Position numbers and translations under genes: made by a program. From a virus (Duplodnaviria > Caudoviricetes): 64,000 nucleotides of DNA. The DNA lies in the IMG/VR virus record IMGVR_UViG_3300029305_003246, positions 32,001 through 96,000 of that record; one strand, 5' to 3'. Positions 27,834 to 36,639 of this stretch are shown one piece after another. Position 1 is the stretch's first letter, and each line of letters starts with the position of its first letter. The notes under the pieces are model-generated. The model saw nothing but the letters and a program-made list of their open reading frames with translations, searched no databases and was not told where the DNA came from.

Positions 27834-28172
27834 ATGTTATTAAATTTAAAATTAGTTAATGTGATTGAACTAATGGAAGCGAATAATGTTGACGAAGTTA
27901 ATTATGGATTTATTGGTTTACCTTTTACTGATGCAGGTTTGTCTCATATTATGCAAGAGTTAGGAGTTGATGTCCCTTCTGATTTAGGCATAGTTGAATT
28001 TCAATCTGATTGTTTAAATATTGACGTATGTGGTGATGACGATATAATTCTTCTAAACGAAATGATTAAGTATATAGATGAAGAATTAAATTATGCCGAA
28101 GATTATTGCTCTATGTTAGACGAAATAAATGAAGCTTTAGAGTCAGGTATTCTTAATATGTGGGACTTTTAG
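27834..28172 (+). CDS. Acidic protein resembling the N-terminal part of ArdA antirestriction proteins
   Basis: FIGLPFTDAGL..IMQELG...IVEFQSD...DIILLNEMIKYIDE pattern; highly acidic. Confidence 0.45.
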   Translation: MLLNLKLVNVIELMEANNVDEVNYGFIGLPFTDAGLSHIMQELGVDVPSDLGIVEFQSDCLNIDVCGDDDIILLNEMIKYIDEELNYAEDYCSMLDEINEALESGILNMWDF

Positions 28173-28301
28173 TAGTAAAGGGAACGATTTTTCGTTCCCT
28201 TGAAATTTTTCGAAAAAATTTTTAAAATATGGTATCTTTTCAAGATAATTTAATACAATATAGTATAAATAAAAAATATTAAAAACTTGGAGGTAAACCC
28301 T

Positions 28302-28457
28302 ATGTTAAATAATATAATAGAATATGTTATAAGTGTTGGATTAACTATGAAGGATGCAGACTACTATATAAATAACGGTTATACTTTCGAAGATACTGTA
28401 AATGCTATAGAGGAAGTAAATAATAACTTTATGGATTTCGATTTCGACGAGTTTTAA
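28302..28457 (+). CDS. Small acidic protein (51 aa)
   Basis: Promoter A, RBS and terminator cassette; not in ORF track. Confidence 0.6.
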   Translation: MLNNIIEYVISVGLTMKDADYYINNGYTFEDTVNAIEEVNNNFMDFDFDEF

Positions 28458-28516
28458 AACTCGTCTTTTTTAATGCTTAAAATCTAAGGTATATAAAAGG
28501 TCGTTAAATAGTTAGT

Positions 28517-28556
28517 AAAACCCGTAAAACCTTTTTAATTAGCTTTTACGGGTTTT
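28517..28556. repeat. Perfect 13-bp inverted repeat in an AT-rich gene-free stretch
   Basis: aaaacccgtaaaa ... ttttacgggtttt. Confidence 0.7.
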
Positions 28557-28639
28557 CTGTAATTATCTATTCTAAAAATATTTAAAAAATATTTCTAAAA
28601 AATAGGTATCTTTTTTATAAAAATGTATATAATATAGTA

Positions 28640-28729
28640 TATAAAACTTAATAAAACTTTTAATAATAATCTAACCCGTTAAAATAATGTGGTTAGGTGG
28701 TTAAGGAAAAAAGTTTAAAAAGTTTTATA
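28640..28729 (+). ncRNA. Candidate ORF-less hairpin transcript
   Basis: Promoter A at 28605-28633; tataaaactt/aagttttata and atctaacc/ggttaggt pairings; next promoter begins at 28736. Confidence 0.35.
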
Positions 28730-28840
28730 AAAAGTGTAATCTTTTCAAGAAAATGTAATATAATAGAAGTATAAAAGGTAATAAGTTTTAAGGTACTTTG
28801 ATAATTAAATAAAATATAAAATTTTAGGAGGAATTGCCCT

Positions 28841-29122
28841 ATGTTAAATAATATGATAATTGATAAAATAGTTGAGTTTGGATTTGGAAAATATATCGAT
28901 AATATAGGATATAACGTTATGGAAATGCCTTTCGATGTATATAAAGCTAAAATAGATAAAGTTGGTGCATTCTTACTAGCAGTCCCAGGTTTAAGAGTTA
29001 TAACTGTAAACGAATACGGTGACGAAATAAAAACTTTCGAAGAAGCTAAAAATTATAAAGACGACGAATTATTAGTAGTATTCTACGACCCTAAATATTG
29101 GGAAGAAAACGGACTTATATAA
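28841..29122 (+). CDS. Hypothetical protein
   Basis: Promoter A plus RBS. Confidence 0.7.
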   Translation: MLNNMIIDKIVEFGFGKYIDNIGYNVMEMPFDVYKAKIDKVGAFLLAVPGLRVITVNEYGDEIKTFEEAKNYKDDELLVVFYDPKYWEENGLI

Positions 29123-29231
29123 GTCCGTTTTTTATTTGCCTTAAAATTATACCTAAAGCTAAATAAAAAGGTTCACAACGGGCGAATTCTTCGTTATATA
29201 GTGTAAATATTAATATATGGAGGTATACTCT

Positions 29232-29777
29232 ATGTTAAATAAAAAAGAATTAAAAGATACTTTAAGTTCTATAATAACGAAAAATTCTGTATTTGTTTGT
29301 ATTGGTACTACACGAGCTTTATTCGATGCATTTGCTCCTTGGCATGGAGATTACCTAAAAGCTAAAGGGATACCCGTTTATGGGACTTCTGATAAAAATG
29401 TAAATGCTTTGACGATGTACTCTAGCTTAAATAAAATCTATAATAAAGATAAAGTACCTATGGATAATATAATCGCTATAGATTCAGCCGTAACCTATAC
29501 GGAAGAAAAGAAAAATAAAATGGAAGTTCGTATCGATGCACCGATATATCCAGGTGCAGGTGTTGGGAAGCAATTTCCGACGATAGGAAAGCATTCTATA
29601 GTGATGTATACTTTAACTAAAGACGAAGTTAATGATGTAATGAATGGGTATAAAGGTGGATTTGGTACTTTAACTGACATCGCCGATGTCGAAAAGATTA
29701 TGGACAATGCAAAAATGTTAGCCGATATAATTGAAGAAATTTATTTAGAAAAAGGTGGAAAGTTAGTTCACGAATAA
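29232..29777 (+). CDS. YyaC-family spore protease (DUF1256)
   Basis: VFVCIGT...D..AP, VYGT...VNA, IIAIDSA, PIYPGAGVGK..P.IG..SI. Confidence 0.8.
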   Translation: MLNKKELKDTLSSIITKNSVFVCIGTTRALFDAFAPWHGDYLKAKGIPVYGTSDKNVNALTMYSSLNKIYNKDKVPMDNIIAIDSAVTYTEEKKNKMEVRIDAPIYPGAGVGKQFPTIGKHSIVMYTLTKDEVNDVMNGYKGGFGTLTDIADVEKIMDNAKMLADIIEEIYLEKGGKLVHE

Positions 29778-29833
29778 GAAGTTCTTCGTTCTAGTAAGTA
29801 TAAATAAAATCTAAAATTCAGGAGGTAGTCCTT

Positions 29834-30004
29834 ATGATGATATTAAAAAGAGATATGAATTTATTTGTTGAGGAAGTAATAGAAAATAATCTTAATGAAT
29901 TAGTTGCCCTTGATAAATGCGAAGAATTAAATGAAGCTAATAAAGAAGATGGAGTTTACTATATGGTAACTACTGATGATTATGTAGTATTTAATAGGAA
30001 GTAG
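29834..30004 (+). CDS. Small hypothetical protein
   Basis: Promoter B plus RBS; not in ORF track. Confidence 0.55.
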   Translation: MMILKRDMNLFVEEVIENNLNELVALDKCEELNEANKEDGVYYMVTTDDYVVFNRK

Positions 30005-30112
30005 AGGAAAAAAATTCCTCTACTTTTTTCACGAAAAAGTGTAAACATTTTTATTATTCTTAATACAATATAGTATAAATAAAAAATATTAAAATTTAGG
30101 GGGATATCTTAT

Positions 30113-30403
30113 ATGTTAAATTTATTTGCTATAGGAGCTTTAGTTAGTATATATTTAGTTGGTAAAAATACTGAAAACGGTGAGCAAGTTGATAATAAAG
30201 CCAAAAACGAAGATGCTACTTATGAGTATTGGAAAGATTTATCTTACGAAGATCAATTTACTTATTTCTCTACTAATGAATATTTAAAAGATTATATGAA
30301 GAATGATTATTATAGTACTAATAGAGAATTGACTGCACGCCACGTGCAGGCGATAGCAGATAAGTTAAATAGAGAATTTACTAATAAATATAATAGATAT
30401 TAA
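30113..30403 (+). CDS. Protein with N-terminal TM
   Basis: Promoter A; hydrophobic N-terminus. Confidence 0.65.
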   Translation: MLNLFAIGALVSIYLVGKNTENGEQVDNKAKNEDATYEYWKDLSYEDQFTYFSTNEYLKDYMKNDYYSTNRELTARHVQAIADKLNREFTNKYNRY

Positions 30404-30467
30404 GACGAGTTTACACTCGTCTTTTTATTCGTTTATAAGGATAATAAAACTAAAGGGAGTTGATAAT

Positions 30468-30632
30468 ATGTTAGAAGGTATACTTGGTTTAGTAGGTCTT
30501 GGATTTTGTGTATTTGCAAAGTTAGCCGAAAATGATTTTGATGTAGAAAAGATTATGGATGACGAAATTAAAAAGCAAGATGAGGCTATCGAAAGAAAAT
30601 TTAAAGAATTCGAAAAAAATTCAAGAAAATAG
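30468..30632 (+). CDS. Small protein with N-terminal TM
   Basis: RBS AGGGAG; MLEGILGLVGLGFCVFAK...; not in ORF track. Confidence 0.55.
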   Translation: MLEGILGLVGLGFCVFAKLAENDFDVEKIMDDEIKKQDEAIERKFKEFEKNSRK

Positions 30633-30713
30633 GTATCTTTTTTAAGCAAATGTATATAATAAGAATATAAAGAACCTTTAAAATTAAATATAAAATTCTA
30701 GGAGGTAAACCCT

Positions 30714-30929
30714 ATGGAAAAAATGTTAAATCTTAAAAAGGAAGAAATAGAAAGATTAGAAGAAAGAGCTCGCAGATATATGCTAGATATTCAAAGTTTA
30801 GATACTCCATATGAATTAGCTTTATTCGGCAAAGGGACAATGGATAAATTGGTTGAAGTTCAAACTTTATTAGACCAACTATATGCAGATGTTAGGATGA
30901 TAGAGTATTTCATAAAGGAGGGAAAATAA
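30714..30929 (+). CDS. Hypothetical coiled-coil protein
   Basis: Promoter A plus RBS. Confidence 0.65.
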   Translation: MEKMLNLKKEEIERLEERARRYMLDIQSLDTPYELALFGKGTMDKLVEVQTLLDQLYADVRMIEYFIKEGK

Positions 30930-30930
30930 T

Positions 30931-31104
30931 ATGGATTATATTTTAGTTCTAAGGGTTAGGGACAACAAGTCCAAAACCCTTCTTGGTGGCAAAGTTTACA
31001 AAGCAAGACGTTGGGGACTTAATAATTATAAGGTTATCGACGAGAATGGAAATTGGAAGCCAGCTAAAAGAGAAAACTTTTTAGAAATTTTAGTTCACGA
31101 ATAA
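30931..31104 (+). CDS. Small basic protein (57 aa)
   Basis: RBS AGGAGG; not in ORF track. Confidence 0.5.
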   Translation: MDYILVLRVRDNKSKTLLGGKVYKARRWGLNNYKVIDENGNWKPAKRENFLEILVHE

Positions 31105-31164
31105 GAAATAACTCGTTCTAGTAAGTATAAATAAAATATTATAAAAATTCAGGAGGTAAACCCT

Positions 31165-31437
31165 ATGAGATTAAGAAATAATGATGTTTTAGATATGTTT
31201 ATAAATAGAAGAGGTATGGCAGAGAACCATACTCAAAACCTTTACATCGATGAACGTGGAGTTCTTTGGAACTATGCAACTCCTATAGCTTTATACTATA
31301 ACGGTGAGCTATACTTAAATGCAACTAAATACTCAGTTACTACTAGCAAGCATCAAAATTATCTAAGACGCAATGCAGTAGTTACTGAAGTTAATGAAAG
31401 CGAATTAAGAGATTTAGTATTTGCACTAAATTATTAG
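31165..31437 (+). CDS. Phage hypothetical protein (Y.T.IA ... YS.TT.KH type)
   Basis: NYATPIA and YSVTTSKHQ motifs. Confidence 0.7.
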   Translation: MRLRNNDVLDMFINRRGMAENHTQNLYIDERGVLWNYATPIALYYNGELYLNATKYSVTTSKHQNYLRRNAVVTEVNESELRDLVFALNY

Positions 31438-31495
31438 AAAGAAGGTTCATATGAACCTTCTTTTTTCGTTATTTAAAGAAAAGGGAGGCGATATT

Positions 31496-31693
31496 ATGGA
31501 TTATTCTATAAAAAGAGCTATCCATACGAAGTATGGGGTATTTAATATAGGGGATACTATTCTAGTCTATTTAGAGGATAACCGACCTATCAAGACTGAA
31601 TTGATTGATATATTTTGGGCAGATGAGTATAATGCTTATATCGTAACGACGGAAGGAAATTTTTTACTAAAAAATGTATTAAGATTGGTATAA
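31496..31693 (+). CDS. Hypothetical protein
   Basis: Start behind GGGAGG. Confidence 0.6.
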   Translation: MDYSIKRAIHTKYGVFNIGDTILVYLEDNRPIKTELIDIFWADEYNAYIVTTEGNFLLKNVLRLV

Positions 31694-31755
31694 TTTCAAG
31701 AAAATATAATATAATAGAAATATAATTAAATATTAATTTTTAGGAGGTAATCTCT

Positions 31756-31965
31756 ATGAGATACAGTGCTACTTTATTAATAAATGTTTGTGATTTATTA
31801 GAAGGAAAAGAACTTAATAATTTAGGTAAACTTAACGACCTACTACATCGAGTTATGGGTATGGATTATGCACTTATGGATGGCAAATTAAGATGCAGAT
31901 TAAAACGAGATATAAGAGATATGATGATAATTGAAAACGGTCGCCTAGTATATAAAGAATTTTAA
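31756..31965 (+). CDS. Hypothetical protein
   Basis: Promoter A plus RBS. Confidence 0.65.
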   Translation: MRYSATLLINVCDLLEGKELNNLGKLNDLLHRVMGMDYALMDGKLRCRLKRDIRDMMIIENGRLVYKEF

Positions 31966-32170
31966 AAGAACCAAATATTTGGTTCTTTTTTATTGCTTTT
32001 ATCGTTCTATAACTCAGGAGGTGATAGGGTGGATAAGTATAAGGAATTAAGAGAGTTAGTAGAAAGAGTAGTAGCTATAACGGGAGTTGGTACGATAGAT
32101 TTTGCTAGATTAAAAGACGTGTTAATAGAGTTAGCTTATGAAATCGATAGATTAGAGGAGGATAGATAAT

Positions 32171-32407
32171 ATGTCTTGGGAAGAAAGAAAGGAACTCGAT
32201 AGAATATATGCTAAATTAATAAATTATCAACTTGAAGGGAAAGGAGAACCCGACTTACTTCTGATAAGCCAAGATACTTGGAACGAATATTCTACTGAAC
32301 TAAAAGATGAAATCTATAATCTAGATTATGATTTACTTCTGACTAACCACCCTTACAAATTAAAATGGATTAAGAAGTCCGATATAGTTATTGACGATTT
32401 ACTTTAA
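32171..32407 (+). CDS. Hypothetical protein
   Basis: RBS GAGGAGG. Confidence 0.65.
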   Translation: MSWEERKELDRIYAKLINYQLEGKGEPDLLLISQDTWNEYSTELKDEIYNLDYDLLLTNHPYKLKWIKKSDIVIDDLL

Positions 32408-32584
32408 GATGAATTATTAATATATTATTTCTTACCTTTTAAAATATTTGATAAATTCTATTTGCTTGAGTTGGGAAAAATTTCTCAACTTTTTTTTATT
32501 TTTTAGGTATCTTTTGAAGAATACAACGTATAATAGAAGTATAAGAAGTTAAAATTAAATATTAAATATTTAGGAGGTAGCCTT

Positions 32585-32881
32585 ATGAAATATAATTATA
32601 TGGAAAATATGATAGGATACGAAATGAGAGAAGAAGAATTCTGCAAGTATGGATTCAAATTAGTAGGGTTAAAAAGAGTTGATACTGACGATTTCGATAG
32701 AGTTTCTCCTACTGAATATTATACTGATGAGATATTCGTTCCTATGGATAAAAACTCTGAAGATATGTTTAGAATAACTATTTTCCACGATTCTGAAAAG
32801 GAAATAATAGAGGTTACTAATATAGTTAGAGTTGTTATAATGCATAACGATTTCGGTGGATATGAATATATAGAAAATTAA
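32585..32881 (+). CDS. Acidic hypothetical protein
   Basis: Promoter A plus RBS. Confidence 0.7.
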   Translation: MKYNYMENMIGYEMREEEFCKYGFKLVGLKRVDTDDFDRVSPTEYYTDEIFVPMDKNSEDMFRITIFHDSEKEIIEVTNIVRVVIMHNDFGGYEYIEN

Positions 32882-32958
32882 TGGTATATTTTTTCACAGG
32901 TTCTTATATAATAGAAGTATAAGAACCTTAATAATTTAATTTTAGGAGGTAAAGCCTT

Positions 32959-33156
32959 ATGATAACTATTAACGACGTTTATAAATGCTTAGAAGATTGT
33001 TATAAAGTTGACGTATGTATTCTAAACGAATGCGAAGATAGAACTTACTTTGGAGTTACTGAATATTCTCCTTTAGGCGATAAAGAATCTTACGTTCTTT
33101 ATTCTATCGACGGCGATATTTATAACGATTATGGAAGTATAATATATAGTATATAA
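32959..33156 (+). CDS. Small acidic protein
   Basis: Promoter A plus RBS. Confidence 0.65.
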   Translation: MITINDVYKCLEDCYKVDVCILNECEDRTYFGVTEYSPLGDKESYVLYSIDGDIYNDYGSIIYSI

Positions 33157-33179
33157 TTAAAATTCAGGAGGTAAGCCCT

Positions 33180-33404
33180 ATGCAAAGTAAAAGATTATTA
33201 AACTTATTAAGCCAATATGATGTTAATGTAGATTGTGTTTTAAGTAACGAAATACTAATGCATTATAATGACGCTAAATGTAGAATCTATTACAGTGTAA
33301 CTGATAAAACTTATTGCTTATACTATGGAAACGAAATAGTTATCGAGCACCTTCCTTATATGAAGTTTAAAGTAACTATGGAAGATTTTTTAATAAATTT
33401 CTAA
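33180..33404 (+). CDS. Hypothetical protein
   Basis: RBS. Confidence 0.65.
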   Translation: MQSKRLLNLLSQYDVNVDCVLSNEILMHYNDAKCRIYYSVTDKTYCLYYGNEIVIEHLPYMKFKVTMEDFLINF

Positions 33405-33479
33405 AATGTGGTATATTTTCCAAGTAAATATACTATAATAGAAGTATAAATAATAAAATTTAATTTGGAGGTAAGCCCT

Positions 33480-34115
33480 ATGAAAATGAATAAATTAGTT
33501 AAAGGATTATTAGTTGGATTTATAGCTTTACAAATGGTAGGATGCGAGGAAGCTAAAGAAGTTGAAAATCTTAATATACAAGATACTAATCCAGTTGTTG
33601 AAGAAGTTAAACCTACTTGTAAAAATTGTGGATTTGAACTTTTAGAAGAAGATGCTTTAAATAAGTTCGTTGCCGAAACTCAAGAGTATATAGCTAATGA
33701 AAAAGATGAAGAAAGAGCTCACGTTTTACAATTAAAAGTAAATGCTTTATTAAAATATAATGGTTGTAATATGTGTGCAGATACCGAAGTATTAAAAGGT
33801 GAAGAAAAAGTCGAAGCTCCAGTTGTTAAGGAAGAACCTAAAGAAGTTGCTCACGATGAAGATATAGAACCTTGTGTTATCTGTGGAGAATTTGAATTTA
33901 AAAAAGATATGATTCGTATGGGCGATGGTTATTACGATGAATTTTGTTATAATGAAGTAACTAAAGTTGAGGAAGAAGTAGAAGCTACTCCAGAAATAAT
34001 AGAAAAAGCAGTTAGCATAGATAACTGTGAAGCTTGTGGTACTACTAATATAGAGTGGATGACAAATTGGGATTATATGTGTCACGATTGTGGACATTGT
34101 GGAAGTGTTAATTAA
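33480..34115 (+). CDS. Lipoprotein with several CxxC motifs
   Basis: MKMNKLVKGLLVGFIALQMVG-C lipobox; CKNC, CNMC, CVIC, CEAC, CHDC. Confidence 0.7.
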   Translation: MKMNKLVKGLLVGFIALQMVGCEEAKEVENLNIQDTNPVVEEVKPTCKNCGFELLEEDALNKFVAETQEYIANEKDEERAHVLQLKVNALLKYNGCNMCADTEVLKGEEKVEAPVVKEEPKEVAHDEDIEPCVICGEFEFKKDMIRMGDGYYDEFCYNEVTKVEEEVEATPEIIEKAVSIDNCEACGTTNIEWMTNWDYMCHDCGHCGSVN

Positions 34116-34215
34116 GAACCCTTGATTTAGGGTTCTTTTTTATTGCTCTAAACGTTTATGAGTTTAAGAGCGCACTTTATATAATAACATAATTAATCTA
34201 AAGGGAGGATGAGAT

Positions 34216-36582
34216 ATGAGTAGCCATCGACAAATAAAAATAACTTTCGGCAATACTGAATTTTTCGTTGATTCTATTCAAGAAGCTATTGAAAAAACGG
34301 GTTGCTCAAAAACTAGCATAAGAAATTGTCTTAATGGGGATACGAAGTCTTGTAAGGGTTATTGTTTTAAGTATGCCCAAGTTAAGCCAACCGATGTAAT
34401 AGCTAAAGGACAAAAAGATTCTGCACAAGAAGTAAATCAAAATCGTAAATGTAAGAAAATAAAAGTAACAGATACTAGCACTGGACAATTCAGAATAAGT
34501 CCATCACGTACCAAATTGGCCGAGGAATGGGAAGTAAGTTCCTCTTATATAAATAAACTAATAAAAAATAAAACTCTTTACAAAGGCAAATTTCTAGTGG
34601 AACATTACTCTATCGAGGACGAAGAGGAAGTGCATTTTAAAAGAGCCGAGGAGGCAATATCTAAAGTTCAAGATGACGATATACGTTCTAAACTAGCAGG
34701 ATTATTATCTCAAGTAAGATATGATAAATTCGAGGCAGTTAAACCTCGACAAATAAGGGAAGTTTTGCCTTTCAAACAATGGATAAATGATACCTACTAC
34801 TCAGGACCCGATGCTCTTAACCTATACCCATATTGGAAAAATAAACTGAGTGAGGTATTCGATACTGATAAGAATATTACTGAATTTGTTTTAGCAGGTT
34901 CTATAGGTACGGGGAAGACGACTGCATCTTTATATGGTCTTATGTATAAATTATATATGTTATCTTGTTATGAAAATACAGCAGGTTTGTTCAATCTGAT
35001 GGTTACTTCTAAAATAGCCATAATGTATTTTACTATAAACTTAAAACAAGCCGAAAAATTAGGATATGGACAACTAAAAAATATGATAGATAATACTCAA
35101 TATTTTACTGACCATTTCCCACGTGTACAAAGGATAATCACGAAATTAATATTCCCAGAGAACGTTGAAATTACTTATGGTTCAAACTCAAACCATGCGA
35201 TAGGTCTTAACCTTATAGCATCGCTACTAGACGAAGCCAACTTCTTTAACGAGTCATCGGCTACTGACGAAAGAACTGTCAGTGCAGTTTATCAATTATA
35301 TTCTTCTATAGTAGCAAGGGGACGTTCGAGATACCTTCACAACGGGTGGAACCATTCACTTTGTTTCCTAGTATCTTCATCAACTCACGTTGGCTCATTT
35401 ACGGAAAAACGTATAGCCGAAGGACGTAAGAATAATTTTGCGAATATGGTAGTGGCAGCACCTAGATTATGGGACGTTAAGCCTAAAGGGACTTACTCCG
35501 ATGATAGATTCTATGTATTCGGAGGGAATGATGCGATTGACCCATTTATAGTAACTAATATAAAAGACCTTAATACAGTTAGAGGTGCATTACTTCTAGA
35601 AACTTATCCTATAGATAAAGACGTTGAAGAAGCATGTCTAGAAACTATAGCCGAATTAAAAGACGAGTTAATTATACCCGTACCAACTGACTTTAGAAAA
35701 GACTTTGAAAATGATATAATAAAAGCCTTACAAGATATAGCAGGTTATTCTACTTCACCAAGTGGATATCTATTCTCAAGTAGGCCGACATATAATAAAT
35801 GTGTTAATTTAAACTATGTCCATCCATTCGTAAAAGACGAAATAGAAATTTCTACTAATGACGATACTCAACTTTGGGATTATCTAATAAAGGGTTATAG
35901 ATTTGAAGATATCCAAGCACCTCACTTCGTATCAGTTGACGCCAGTACGAAAAACGACTCTACAGGAATAGCGATGTGTCATCTTAAATCTATAGAGTAT
36001 GATAGATTTGGTAATGCTAAACCTATTATAATGATAGATTTTATGCTTAGAATTACTCCACCTTTAAAACCTTACGAAATAGATATCTCTAAAATTAGGG
36101 AATTTATTCGCTATTTAAGGGACGAATATAATATTCGTATAGATGGAGTTTCCTATGACCAATATGCTAGTACCGAGTCTTTACAGTTATTAAGACAACA
36201 AGGATTTAATGCGATACAGCAATCTGTAATTCGAAGCGATATACCTCATAAAGATTTCGTACATTTAATCCAAGAGCAACGTTTAATAACTTATAAGTAC
36301 AAACCATTCGAAAGTGAATTATTTAATATGATGCACGATAGGATTAAGCATAAAGTTACTATAGCACCAGGTACTACTGAATATCATGGGGATACTTATA
36401 TGGCGACTATAGGTTGTGTTATGCATCTAACAAGTGTAATCGATTCATTACCTTTAACAACTGAAAACTTAACTGTAGGTGAAGATGAATATGAAGATAT
36501 TCGTACTCTAGACGCAGATGATATGTTAGAAAACTTAATGGATAACCTAATCGAAGATGATGACGATGATTTCGAATGGTAG
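34216..36582 (+). CDS. terL: Terminase large subunit with N-terminal NUMOD1-like DNA-binding repeats
   Basis: Walker A AGSIGTGKT, Walker B LLDEANF, nuclease VSVDASTKNDSTG, YDQYAS; directly upstream of portal. Confidence 0.9.
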   Translation: MSSHRQIKITFGNTEFFVDSIQEAIEKTGCSKTSIRNCLNGDTKSCKGYCFKYAQVKPTDVIAKGQKDSAQEVNQNRKCKKIKVTDTSTGQFRISPSRTKLAEEWEVSSSYINKLIKNKTLYKGKFLVEHYSIEDEEEVHFKRAEEAISKVQDDDIRSKLAGLLSQVRYDKFEAVKPRQIREVLPFKQWINDTYYSGPDALNLYPYWKNKLSEVFDTDKNITEFVLAGSIGTGKTTASLYGLMYKLYMLSCYENTAGLFNLMVTSKIAIMYFTINLKQAEKLGYGQLKNMIDNTQYFTDHFPRVQRIITKLIFPENVEITYGSNSNHAIGLNLIASLLDEANFFNESSATDERTVSAVYQLYSSIVARGRSRYLHNGWNHSLCFLVSSSTHVGSFTEKRIAEGRKNNFANMVVAAPRLWDVKPKGTYSDDRFYVFGGNDAIDPFIVTNIKDLNTVRGALLLETYPIDKDVEEACLETIAELKDELIIPVPTDFRKDFENDIIKALQDIAGYSTSPSGYLFSSRPTYNKCVNLNYVHPFVKDEIEISTNDDTQLWDYLIKGYRFEDIQAPHFVSVDASTKNDSTGIAMCHLKSIEYDRFGNAKPIIMIDFMLRITPPLKPYEIDISKIREFIRYLRDEYNIRIDGVSYDQYASTESLQLLRQQGFNAIQQSVIRSDIPHKDFVHLIQEQRLITYKYKPFESELFNMMHDRIKHKVTIAPGTTEYHGDTYMATIGCVMHLTSVIDSLPLTTENLTVGEDEYEDIRTLDADDMLENLMDNLIEDDDDDFEW

Positions 36583-36639
36583 TTCAATTTCACCTTTCAA
36601 ATCGTTTAATAAAAAGTAAAACTAAAAGGAGGTTAATTA

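Noticed and set aside
34216-36582. Intein or intron in terL
   Set aside because: The ORF is continuous, with no intein terminal motifs or nuclease domain; the extra sequence is N-terminal only.
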